DNA of 47,514 nt from Pirellulales bacterium (GCA_046582885.1 JAYGDO010000438.1:1-47514), one strand, 5' to 3'; positions 12,306 to 21,767 are shown, counted from the stretch's first letter. Program-made: numbers and translations. The notes: generated by a model not told the origin, from the letters alone.

Positions 12306-12536
12306 GTGACAGCAGTGCTTTCACTATTGTGATGAAGCGCGACGATCGACTCTAACAGTGCGGTTTGGCCCGGGCAAGATCAACCGCACGGCGGATCCAT
12401 TTGGGCGATCAAGCGATTTGCCCCCGCCGAGCAATCTGGGATTCCGTCGCCGCTGGGAAACCGATACAACCCGGCTTCGCCGTGTTGCGACCCCCGCCAG
12501 TACTACCGCAACCGGCCCGCAAGCAGGAATGACCCC

Positions 12537-13358
12537 ATGGCATCCGCGTCAACAGCCGAACAGACCCGCTGCGCGACGGCCGATTCTCCACAGTCCTCTA
12601 GTCGGGAACCCAAACAGCGCGCGGTCCCGGGAGTACACGACGCCGCCCGTAGGTTGTTGGATAAACTGCCGCGTGGAAACCTGATTGACATGGCTGCCGG
12701 CAACGGCGCCATGTCGCATTGGGCCAGCGCAAACAGCTTTCAAGTGACGGCCGTCGACGTTGCACCAGATTTATTCGAGTTGGAGGACGTCCAGTTCATC
12801 GAGGCCGACTTGAACGAACGCCTTCCATTGCCCGACGAATCGGCCGATGTTGCCGTCGGCTGCGAGATCATCGAACATCTGGAAAACCCTTTTCATTTTA
12901 TGCGCGAGCTGGCACGCGTGACTTGTCCCGGCGGGCACGTTGTTATCTCGACTCCAAACGAACACAACGTTCAATGCCGCTGGTCCTATTTCACGACGGG
13001 CTTTTACGGACATAGTCCGTATGTGATTCGCGAAGACGACCCGAAACTGCCGTTGCGGCACATTCATATGGTTCCGCTTTCGCAGTTGGAACTCGCCTGG
13101 CGTTGCGCCGGGCTGGAATTGGTTCGATACGAAGTGAGCCGGTTTCGCAAGTGGTCGTTTCTGCTGCTGCCGTTTTTATATCCGTTACAGACGCTACGAC
13201 TGATGATCCGCATGAAGTGGTTCGTCCGAGACAAGGAAGCAAAGCAACTCAACCGGCGCGTCTTTAGCCTGATGAATGACCCCCGCATTTTTCTCGGGCG
13301 GACGATCGTTTATTTGCTTCGCAAGCCACAACGGGAAATTAAACTGCATAAGTCCTGA
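12537..13358 (+). CDS. Class I SAM-dependent methyltransferase (paralog 1)
   Basis: IDMAAGNG motif I, EIIEHLENP, PGGHVVISTPN. Confidence 0.9.
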   Translation: MASASTAEQTRCATADSPQSSSREPKQRAVPGVHDAARRLLDKLPRGNLIDMAAGNGAMSHWASANSFQVTAVDVAPDLFELEDVQFIEADLNERLPLPDESADVAVGCEIIEHLENPFHFMRELARVTCPGGHVVISTPNEHNVQCRWSYFTTGFYGHSPYVIREDDPKLPLRHIHMVPLSQLELAWRCAGLELVRYEVSRFRKWSFLLLPFLYPLQTLRLMIRMKWFVRDKEAKQLNRRVFSLMNDPRIFLGRTIVYLLRKPQREIKLHKS

Positions 13359-13362
13359 TATC

Positions 13363-14190
13363 GTGAACGCAATTTCGCCACCATCGGAAATCGAAGACGC
13401 AACGGCCGCGTCGGGCTACGAAGTTCAACCGCCTGATCACACCGCGCCACCCTGCGCGATCGCCATGCACGGAGTGCATGCCGCCGTCCGCCGTGCGCTG
13501 GAAAAACTGCCGCGGGGCTCGCTGCTCGACGTCGGGGCAGGGCAGGGGGCGATGTCCGACTGGGCGGCGGATGCGGGTTTCGACGTGACGGCCGTGGATG
13601 TCGATCGTGACAACTTCAAATTGGCGACGATCCCATTTGTCGCCGCCGATCTCGGCAGGCAGTGGCCATTCGACGACAACCAGTTTGACGTAGTGCTGTC
13701 GGTCGAAGTGCTGGAACACGTCGAAAATCATTACCATTTTTTGAGGGAATGCTGCCGCATCTGCAAACCAAGCGGGCACATCATTATCAGCACGCCTAAT
13801 TGTCATTCGATCGAGTCACGCATCAATTACATGTTGACCGGTTACGACGATTGCGCTCCGCGGCCGATCGACCATGAGAACCCGAAGTACGGCAGCATCT
13901 ATATGGAGCACATCCACCCCGCACCGATATCAACGATCGAACTCGGGCTGCGGCGCGGCGGTTTCAAAGTCGAGCAAATGCACTTTAGCCGCAGCCGCAG
14001 AGCGTCCACGCTGCTGCTGCCTCTGATTTATCCGTTCATGTGGTGGCGGACGTATCGCCGCATGATTCTTTCCGAGCCAAATCAAAACCTCCGCCGGCGC
14101 AACCGGCGGATCATGAAGATATTGCTCAACCCCGGTTTAATGACCGGACGCGTCGCCGTTTACACTTGCCGCAAAACACATGGGTCGTAA
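13363..14190 (+). CDS. Class I SAM-dependent methyltransferase (paralog 2)
   Basis: LDVGAGQG, EVLEHVEN, KPSGHIIISTPN; start uncertain (GTG 13363 chosen). Confidence 0.88.
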   Translation: MNAISPPSEIEDATAASGYEVQPPDHTAPPCAIAMHGVHAAVRRALEKLPRGSLLDVGAGQGAMSDWAADAGFDVTAVDVDRDNFKLATIPFVAADLGRQWPFDDNQFDVVLSVEVLEHVENHYHFLRECCRICKPSGHIIISTPNCHSIESRINYMLTGYDDCAPRPIDHENPKYGSIYMEHIHPAPISTIELGLRRGGFKVEQMHFSRSRRASTLLLPLIYPFMWWRTYRRMILSEPNQNLRRRNRRIMKILLNPGLMTGRVAVYTCRKTHGS

Positions 14191-14207
14191 GTCACGGGGC
14201 CCAAGGT

Positions 14208-15218
14208 ATGGAACAGAGTCAATCGACACCGTTGATCTCGATCGTCACCCCGGTTTACCGAGGCGAGAAAACACTCCCGCAATTGGTGCGCCGCTGTAGG
14301 AAGGTTCTCGAATCGATCAGCAGCGATTTCGATATCGTCCTCGTCGATGACGGCAGTCCGGACGATTCCTGGCAGGCGATCGAAGCCGAATGCCATGCGG
14401 ACCGCCGCGTCAAAGGCGTTAAGTTAAGCCGTAATTTCGGCCAGCACTGCGCCATTACGGCCGGCCTGGCAGAGTGCCGGGGTCAGTGGATTGTGGTGAT
14501 GGATTGCGATCTCCAAGACCGCCCCGAAGAAATCCCCCGGCTTTGGGCAGAGGCCAATGCAGGACATGACCTCGTCTTCGCCCGCCGCGCCCGCCGCTCG
14601 GACGGTGTTATTAAGCGGTTGACCTCCAAAATATTTTACCGCGTTCTCGGCTATTTGACCGAGACACAGCAAGACCCGGCCGTGGGCAACTTTGGAATTT
14701 ATCATCGCAAAGTGATTGATGCCGTACTGGCGATGAACGACCAAGTCAAGTTTTTCGCCACGATGGTAAAGTGGGTTGGCTTCGATTCGTCGGCCATCGA
14801 CGTAGAACACGACGAGAGAGCTGATGGAGATACGACTTATAGCTTAAAGAAGCTGATGGACCTGGCAATCAGCGTCATTCTGTCATTTTCCGACAAGCCA
14901 CTGCGACTGACCGTACGGCTTGGGCTGTTGATCTCAATGACGGCGGTCGGGTTTGCGTTATACAACATTTATCTGTACTTCGTTGGCCGCATTACTGTGC
15001 TGGGATTTACCAGCTTGATCGTTTCGATTTGGCTACTGTCGGGTGTCATGATCACGCTGATTGGAATGCTGGGGCTTTACGTTGGACGAATCTTCGATCA
15101 AACAAAAAATCGGCCAACGTTCATCGTTGACCAACTGGTGAACGATTTGCAGGGTGGAGAACGGCCGGGCACCGTGAGTTTTCCGACAGCGGAGGCTCCC
15201 CAACGAGTCGCCGGTTAA
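14208..15218 (+). CDS. ArnC/GtrB-like polyprenol-phosphate glycosyltransferase (GT2)
   Basis: VDDGSPD, LSRNFGQH, MDCDLQD, two C-terminal TM helices, GLYVGRIF..TKNRP. Confidence 0.9.
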   Translation: MEQSQSTPLISIVTPVYRGEKTLPQLVRRCRKVLESISSDFDIVLVDDGSPDDSWQAIEAECHADRRVKGVKLSRNFGQHCAITAGLAECRGQWIVVMDCDLQDRPEEIPRLWAEANAGHDLVFARRARRSDGVIKRLTSKIFYRVLGYLTETQQDPAVGNFGIYHRKVIDAVLAMNDQVKFFATMVKWVGFDSSAIDVEHDERADGDTTYSLKKLMDLAISVILSFSDKPLRLTVRLGLLISMTAVGFALYNIYLYFVGRITVLGFTSLIVSIWLLSGVMITLIGMLGLYVGRIFDQTKNRPTFIVDQLVNDLQGGERPGTVSFPTAEAPQRVAG

Positions 15219-15358
15219 TGAAGCTTTTCTCCGCTCGCAGGAGGAGCGGTGCAGAAAAAATGCAAGCTGCAAAGCACGGCTGTTCGCAGCGACTCATTCT
15301 ACCCATTTGATGCATGACCAGCGGACGCAGGGAGTTGGTCAACGGACGATTGGAACGC

Positions 15359-16681
15359 ATGAATACAACCAACATGCAGTCAAAACACGATCGGGCGATC
15401 CCGTGGTGGTTGTGGGCGGTACTGGCGACCGCCTTGGTGTTGATCTTTCTTCGCGCCAACAGAAGCAATGACGATGTTCGTTTTTGGTCGTACGTTACAG
15501 AGTGTGCGCATGCCGATAATTGGCAAGGAATCTACGACAAAGAAAATAATCCATTTGCGTTCGCGCCCTATGGGCATTTATCCCTAACGATGCTTTTGTA
15601 TCCGCTTGGCTATCTCTCGATGCCGGCGATGAGGGTCTTTTTAATTCTCGCAATTCTGGGCATGTGGTACGCGATGTTCAAGTTTATGCAGGACGGCATG
15701 CGAGAGCGACGACTCGGCTTTCGCGGGTGGGTGCCGTGGGCCTCGGCGGGGCCGATTATCGGCATGATCCTGGCGGGCCGCTATTTACTCAACGATCTGA
15801 ATCTTAAGCAGTTGAACATGATTATGTTTACGTGCGGCTGTCTGGGGCTGTGGTTGATGATACCGCGAAAGAAATGGCCGGCGCAGTTCTGCGGTGGTGT
15901 GTTGCTGGCATTTTCGATTGGATTGAAACTGTTCACGCTGCCGCTGTTAATAATGTTGGTGATCAAAGGCGACTGGCGTCGCGCCGCGGGTGTGTCGTTG
16001 GCGGCCATCGGAATCATCTGGATTTTGCCCCGCGCGGTGCTGGGTTCGGCACTCTACAAAGAACTGAGCGCAATTAGCAACTCGGCGACATTAAACATGT
16101 GGCTGCAAGTGAAAGACACAACTCAGACCTGGAGTTTCTTGAATTTTGTCCATTACCGGATATTCGTCGATCCGCTTTGGTCGGGACTTGATGCCATGTC
16201 TCCCCGCGTGTATCAGTTGATTTGCGTACTGGCGACTGTCTTGATCGGGTTGCCGACGCTGCGGGTGCTGCTCCGCAGCCGTTGGCGCGACGAGAACGCG
16301 ACCCGCCTATGGGAAGAAATCGCTATGGTTGGCGTCGCCTGGGCGTTGATCGATCCGGACGGCCGAACAGCGCACTTTGTGACGCTCGTGCCAGCGTTTG
16401 GTCTAATTGCTTACCGGCGGCTGGAAGCTTGGCACGACCGCCGCGAACCGCCGCACTGCTGCCAGTGGATACTGTCTCTGACGATTGGACTGACAACACT
16501 GTGGCTCGTCCGACTGCCCGAACCGCTCGCGCATCACTGGTATATGCAATACGGATTATTCTCGACCGGCCTGTTTCTTCTCTACGGCATGACATATTAC
16601 GAAATTCGCCACGCCGAGCGGTCCGCGGTCGCACAGGCAGCGGACGACGCCAAACCGCATCAGCAGTTAGCGACCGCGTGA
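15359..16681 (+). CDS. Polytopic GT-C fold glycosyltransferase (GT87/DUF2029-like)
   Basis: Many TM helices, N-terminal acidic loop SNDD, QLN and LAFSIGLKLF motifs; follows the ArnC-like gene; start uncertain (15314-15374). Confidence 0.7.
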   Translation: MNTTNMQSKHDRAIPWWLWAVLATALVLIFLRANRSNDDVRFWSYVTECAHADNWQGIYDKENNPFAFAPYGHLSLTMLLYPLGYLSMPAMRVFLILAILGMWYAMFKFMQDGMRERRLGFRGWVPWASAGPIIGMILAGRYLLNDLNLKQLNMIMFTCGCLGLWLMIPRKKWPAQFCGGVLLAFSIGLKLFTLPLLIMLVIKGDWRRAAGVSLAAIGIIWILPRAVLGSALYKELSAISNSATLNMWLQVKDTTQTWSFLNFVHYRIFVDPLWSGLDAMSPRVYQLICVLATVLIGLPTLRVLLRSRWRDENATRLWEEIAMVGVAWALIDPDGRTAHFVTLVPAFGLIAYRRLEAWHDRREPPHCCQWILSLTIGLTTLWLVRLPEPLAHHWYMQYGLFSTGLFLLYGMTYYEIRHAERSAVAQAADDAKPHQQLATA

Positions 16682-16722
16682 GAGCTCAATCCAGTGCATC
16701 GAACGGCTCTTTCACGCCGCTG

Positions 16723-17838
16723 CTAAGCAGCCTGAGGCCACACTGCGAAAAGCAACTCGCGATAGACTGCTAGCGTCGATTCGATCATGTGACGATCCGT
16801 AAAGTTCTCTGCCGCGTGAAGAAAAGCGCGGCCGGTCGTGATTTTAGAATCCGCGGAACGCAACGCTGTAACAATCGCCTCGGCCATCGATTCCGGATCA
16901 CGTGGACGGGCCGTGTACGCAACCGGCCCCTCCGGTAAGTCTGTGCCGATTGCATCCGCAATTCCGCCCACACCGGTCGTGACAATCGGCAGGCGGGCAA
17001 ACATGGCATCGACCAGCGACGTACAGAGGCCCTCTAAGTTCGATGGCATAACAAACAGGTCTGCCGCCTGCAGCAAATCCGGAATGTCGCCGCGATAGCC
17101 GAGGAACCGCACCCGGTGATCGATCCCCAACGACCGGGCTTGTCGGCGCAGCGAAACTTCAAGTTCTCCCGATCCCGCCAGAGCGAGCTGAACATTCGGA
17201 ACCCCGTCAATCACGCGGGGCATCGCCTCGAGCAAATACTCGTGTCCCTTATGATCGGTCAAATTAGCGACCACCAAAATCAACAGCTCGTCGTCTTCAA
17301 TTCCCAAGCCTACCCGACCACGACGGCGGTGCCCGGACTGTGCTCGCGACGGATCGACGCCGCTATGGACAATCCGAATCATTGCATCGGGAATTCCGCC
17401 AACTCTACAAACCTGGGCGACTGGATTTGAAATTGCGATGACAACATCCGCCAACCTCGTGAACTTGCTCGCGGACCGGATTGGAAAATCGACACGGCGG
17501 GCTGCGACACGCAGCGGGATCGCCAAACCAAGCGAAGCGAGTCCAACCGCAGTCAGCGCGTGGCCATCGTGGGCGTGTGTCACGTCGGGGCCGATCTCTT
17601 TTAGCCATCGACGGGTCTGCCACAAACTGCTCGGGCCACGGCCACGCCGCCGAAATTCGCGGACTTCGAATCCGTCATGACGTGTCCTCGCGGCAAACTC
17701 GCCCCCACGCCGCGCGAAAACGACGACTCGATGGCCTCGCTCGCGCAGACCGCGGATCAACAAACTCGCCTGTCCTTCGCCACCGTGCCAGGTCTGTTGT
17801 GTCGATACGTGGACGGTCGTTAATCTACTGTCAGCCAT
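16723..17838 (-). CDS. Glycosyltransferase family 4 (GT-B)
   Basis: WHGGEGQ, HKGH..LL, FLGYRGD, DLFVMPSNLEGLCTSLVDAM. Start re-picked at ATG 17838. Confidence 0.9.
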   Translation of the reverse strand: MADSRLTTVHVSTQQTWHGGEGQASLLIRGLRERGHRVVVFARRGGEFAARTRHDGFEVREFRRRGRGPSSLWQTRRWLKEIGPDVTHAHDGHALTAVGLASLGLAIPLRVAARRVDFPIRSASKFTRLADVVIAISNPVAQVCRVGGIPDAMIRIVHSGVDPSRAQSGHRRRGRVGLGIEDDELLILVVANLTDHKGHEYLLEAMPRVIDGVPNVQLALAGSGELEVSLRRQARSLGIDHRVRFLGYRGDIPDLLQAADLFVMPSNLEGLCTSLVDAMFARLPIVTTGVGGIADAIGTDLPEGPVAYTARPRDPESMAEAIVTALRSADSKITTGRAFLHAAENFTDRHMIESTLAVYRELLFAVWPQAA

Positions 17839-18040
17839 CGGCGTTGCCACATCGTCTAAACGACCCCCGGTCATGCAGTCGAAGGCGACCGGTGCGATCT
17901 CGCCCAGAGATGCTGCGTCCGCCCGACTGCTTGCGCTGCCAGCGCCAACTTTACCCGCCTCCATCCCGCCAACCCAACCCCAATCGTGCTAGCACGAACT
18001 GCAATTGTGGCTCGGCTCCACCGCACGTTACATTCCCGAG

Positions 18041-19093
18041 ATGAACCTTGCAATTTTTCTGCCAAACTGGGTTGGCGACGTCGTCATGTCCACACCCGCG
18101 CTCCGCGCGATGCGGGAACAGTTCGCCAATGCGCATCTGATCGGCATTATGCGGCCGTATATTTCCGACGTACTGAGTGGAACGGAGTGGCTGGATGAGC
18201 AACTTTTCTACGATCCCCGATCCAAAGCTCCCGACATGCGGATTTTGCCACTCCTACGTCAGCTACGGAAGCGAGATATCGACACGGCTTTGCTGTTCAC
18301 CAATTCGTTTCGCACGGGAATGATGGCCTTCCTCAGTGGCGCCAGACGGCGAGTGGGATACGCGAAATATGGCCGCGGTCCGCTGTTAACTGACACGCTC
18401 CGATTTCAAAAACTTCGCGGACATTCTGTTCCCGCGCCAACACTGGATGCCTACCTAGAGCTTACCGTTCTACTCGGCTGCAAACCAAAATCGCGCGAGA
18501 CTGAATTGGCGACAACCGGCGACGACGAACGTCGGGCGGATCACGTGTGGGATCAACTTGGTTTGCCGAATGGACGCGAAGTGGTCGTTCTAAATTCAGG
18601 GGGAGCCTACGGGTCCGCAAAATCCTGGCCCATTGAGTACTTTGGAGAGTTGGCGCGACGCATTGCCCAACACCATGCGTTAAGCGTGCTTGTCATTTGC
18701 GGTCCCAAGGAACGACAACTCGCCGCGCAGATCGCACTGCATGCGAATCACCGCCGTGTCGTGAGCCTGGCCGATCAGCCCTTCAACATCGGTCTGTCCA
18801 AAGCGTGCGTGCGGCGATCTCGTCTGATGGTGAGTACCGACAGCGGGCCTCGGCACTTTGCCGCCGCGTTTGACGTGCCGGTGATCACTCTATACGGACC
18901 AACACACATAGAATGGGGTGACACGCATTACGCCCGGGCCATCCATCTTCAGGAAGACATGCCGTGCGGGCCCTGCATGAAAAGAGTCTGTCCGGAGGGC
19001 CACCACCGCTGCATGCGAGACCTCACCGTGAACCGCGTCTACAGCGAAGTGGCCAAGCAACTTGACCAACCCCGGCATATCGAAGCCGCATAA
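18041..19093 (+). CDS. waaF: Lipopolysaccharide heptosyltransferase II (GT9)
   Basis: PNWVGDVVM, GGAYGSAKSWP, STDSGPRHFAAA, LYGPT, CGPC..RVCP.GHHRCM. Confidence 0.85.
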   Translation: MNLAIFLPNWVGDVVMSTPALRAMREQFANAHLIGIMRPYISDVLSGTEWLDEQLFYDPRSKAPDMRILPLLRQLRKRDIDTALLFTNSFRTGMMAFLSGARRRVGYAKYGRGPLLTDTLRFQKLRGHSVPAPTLDAYLELTVLLGCKPKSRETELATTGDDERRADHVWDQLGLPNGREVVVLNSGGAYGSAKSWPIEYFGELARRIAQHHALSVLVICGPKERQLAAQIALHANHRRVVSLADQPFNIGLSKACVRRSRLMVSTDSGPRHFAAAFDVPVITLYGPTHIEWGDTHYARAIHLQEDMPCGPCMKRVCPEGHHRCMRDLTVNRVYSEVAKQLDQPRHIEAA

Positions 19094-19135
19094 GCTGTCG
19101 TCAATAAGTGAGACTGGCGAGCTCTTTGATCTGGC

Positions 19136-19339
19136 TTAAAGGACTTCGATTTGATTTTCGACACCCAAGTCATCGGCCAGCTGCATCGCGGCGTGCTGAG
19201 CCAGCTGATACGCGTGATAGGTCGAACAAAAACCCTGTAATACAATGTGTGTCCCGGTAATCATCACAGCCAAGTTATGAACACGGCCATTCGTCTCTCG
19301 CCAGATTGCATGCTTGATTTGACGGATCAATTGGTCCAT
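19136..19339 (-). CDS. Small stand-alone BON-like domain protein
   Basis: GRVHNLAV...IVLQG..STYHAYQLAQHAA...VENQIEV pattern; start uncertain (19339 to 19465). Confidence 0.75.
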   Translation of the reverse strand: MDQLIRQIKHAIWRETNGRVHNLAVMITGTHIVLQGFCSTYHAYQLAQHAAMQLADDLGVENQIEVL

Positions 19340-19409
19340 CCCGCTCAGTTGCTCGGCCGATTCAACAACCGTACCAATCGCACGCGGCTGGCCGCGTTGG
19401 TTCGTTACT

Positions 19410-19558
19410 TCATCCTTGATCATCTTGATTTCCGTTCCCACGTTGGACTCAACCCCACGGGCCATCGCCAGACGCTGAAGCGAGGCGGTTCGGGCTGATA
19501 CACAACTTCAAGTTACGGGCGCATCCTTGCATTACCGACAGGTCATCCTCGCCCTGTC
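19410..19558 (-). promoter_or_regulatory. Three AGGA-loop hairpins (putative CsrA/RsmA sites)
   Basis: Minus strand GACAGG-GCGAGGATGA-CCTGTC (19537-19558), GCA-AGGA-TGC (19521-19530), TCA-AGGA-TGA (19410-19419). Confidence 0.5.
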
Positions 19559-19610
19559 ACCAAACGCTCGACCAACAAACACATTGCCGATATCCCGCGC
19601 GGCGTAGAGT

Positions 19611-19829
19611 TCAGTCAACATTGATGGAATTAACCACCCGCACGTCCGGAGCGACCGCGCGGACGGCCTCCTGTGCCAATTGCTTGTGGTAAAAACTGCT
19701 CACACGACCCCGCAGCAACAAAGCGTCTTCGCGGCGGACGACGCTCAGGTCGCGAAGTTCGTAAACGGGACTAGATACAAGCGCGACCTGCGCCTGCCGG
19801 CAACAGTCCTCCACCGTTAGCTCGGGCAT
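19611..19829 (-). CDS. Small stand-alone BON-like domain protein
   Basis: LRDLSV...LLLRGRVSSFYHKQLAQEAVR...VVNSINV; GGAGGAG RBS before ATG 19829. Confidence 0.8.
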   Translation of the reverse strand: MPELTVEDCCRQAQVALVSSPVYELRDLSVVRREDALLLRGRVSSFYHKQLAQEAVRAVAPDVRVVNSINVD

Positions 19830-20034
19830 CAAGAATGGTCTCCTCCGTGCTGACCCACAAGCCGTCTCCATTCAATGTATGGTGCTAGCGGTTCGCCGGT
19901 CAAGGTCACCATCCGTGTTCGGAATTATCCGCTGCGGACAAGTTGCTAGCATCGCCTTAACAGACTGAATGTTAACCGGAGACGCCGATCGCAGCCCACA
20001 CCGTACGCATTAGCAGGTGAGAATCGCCCCCGCT

Positions 20035-20706
20035 TCACCCACCGGTGTCCGTACCGACAAGCCCCCGCAATCTGAGGTGGGCGATTACCTCGTCGGCCAA
20101 AGTCGGTGCATCCTTTTCACCAGCGTCTAAAACAACCTCGGCTCGATCGGGTGGTTCGTATGGATCGTCGATACCGGTAAAACCCTGAATCTCCCCCGCG
20201 CGGGCTTTCTTGTAGAGTCCTTTCGGGTCACGCTGTTCGCAGACTTCCAGTGGTGTATCTACAAATACCTCCACGAAGTCACCTTCTCGCAGCTGCTCTC
20301 GAACACGATTGCGATCACGACGGTAGGGACTGACAAAAGCCGTCAAAACGACAATTCCCGCTTCGGCAAACAGTTTGGCGACCGCGCCGATGCGACGGAT
20401 GTTCTCTTCGCGATCTTCCGCCGAAAATCCAAGCCCGAACCGCTCCGCAAATGCCTCGCCGTGTCGTGGTTCCAGCAACAAAGGCGTGGCGTTCAAGCCG
20501 TGCCGGACATTGTCGCCATCGAGTGTGCAAACATGCACGCCCAGCCCATGCAACTTGTGGTCCACCAGATTGGCGATAGTGCTTTTTCCCGATCCGGAAA
20601 GTCCCGTGAACCACACCACACAGCCACGATGGCCGTTCAGCGCCTCGCGCTGTTCGCGCGAGACACTCTGCTCGTGCCAGTGCACACCACCGCTTTCGTT
20701 GGGCAT
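20035..20706 (-). CDS. cysC: Adenylyl-sulfate kinase
   Basis: WFTGLSGSGKST, LDGDNVRHGL, ENIRRIG, RDPKGLYKKA, FTGIDDPYE. Confidence 0.95.
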   Translation of the reverse strand: MPNESGGVHWHEQSVSREQREALNGHRGCVVWFTGLSGSGKSTIANLVDHKLHGLGVHVCTLDGDNVRHGLNATPLLLEPRHGEAFAERFGLGFSAEDREENIRRIGAVAKLFAEAGIVVLTAFVSPYRRDRNRVREQLREGDFVEVFVDTPLEVCEQRDPKGLYKKARAGEIQGFTGIDDPYEPPDRAEVVLDAGEKDAPTLADEVIAHLRLRGLVGTDTGG

Positions 20707-20796
20707 TCTTGTGACCCTCTCGGTCGAACACAGATCGGCAAGCGATCATAGCCCAGGCCGGTAGATCAGGCAATGCAACGCCGGGCTGAAGTCGCG

Positions 20797-21738
20797 TCAG
20801 TCATCCGGGCCGTGGTCACGATATCCGTGATGGTGATTGGCGTGATTTCCATCATGAACATGCGGGGGCTCAAGGAATCGAATGCCATAGGCGAGCACGA
20901 CGCCGAAAATGAGCGCCAAACTCAATTTAATTCGATCATGAGAATGAAACTCTAATTCCGGCAGCAGGTCCCCCATCGAAATACAGAGAAAAATTCCGGC
21001 TGAAAACGCCAACGCGATGCCGATTACCGTCTCTTGCGTCGGAGATTGCTGGACTCCCAGATAAAACAGCATCGCACCGATCGGACACATCGTCGCATAG
21101 GCACAATTTGCGAGTTGTTGTGATCGACGAGACCACCCCCCGGCGGCCATCAGTGCCGTAATCGATAGGGAGTCCAGCGGTTTGTGTAAAAGAATTCCAA
21201 CAAAAACCGCGAAGCCAAGCAGCACGGCATCGGGCATCTCCTGCTTGTCATTTAAGACACTCGCCGATAGTGCGACACCGTCGAGTAACGTGTGCAGCGA
21301 CAGCCCGAGAAAGATACCAACCCAACGGTGGCCAGCAGTTGTCGAATGTTCATGTCCGTGATGATGATGGGAAGTACCATGGTCGCTGCTCTGGTCGTCC
21401 GGCCGCTGGCCAGAATTTAACGAATCGCTACCGTCATGGTCAGGCCTCATTTCTTCAGCCGGCGCGTGATGATGAGAATGGAAAAAACGGACCAAGAAAA
21501 ACGTCGTGAGCAGTCCCAGCATCAGCCACAAAATTGCGTCATCCAACGGCACACTCGGATTAACTGCATGCGGCAACAGATGGAACAAGCCAATTCCCAG
21601 CATCAGCCCGCCCACCGCACTCATCATTAGCTGCAATCGCATATGCGTTAAACGCATCAACGACGGCAGCCAGCCGCCAAAGAGCGAGGCGAACACAATC
21701 AGGACACAATAAACGGCGAGTGTTGCAGTTGATGGCAT
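20797..21738 (-). CDS. ZIP-family divalent metal transporter
   Basis: HLLPHA, His-rich loop, LHTLLDG (TM4), LHKPLD (TM5), DLLPEL, His-rich tail. Confidence 0.92.
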   Translation of the reverse strand: MPSTATLAVYCVLIVFASLFGGWLPSLMRLTHMRLQLMMSAVGGLMLGIGLFHLLPHAVNPSVPLDDAILWLMLGLLTTFFLVRFFHSHHHAPAEEMRPDHDGSDSLNSGQRPDDQSSDHGTSHHHHGHEHSTTAGHRWVGIFLGLSLHTLLDGVALSASVLNDKQEMPDAVLLGFAVFVGILLHKPLDSLSITALMAAGGWSRRSQQLANCAYATMCPIGAMLFYLGVQQSPTQETVIGIALAFSAGIFLCISMGDLLPELEFHSHDRIKLSLALIFGVVLAYGIRFLEPPHVHDGNHANHHHGYRDHGPDD

Positions 21739-21767
21739 TTGGCAGTTCGCACGCAAAATTCCGCTTC

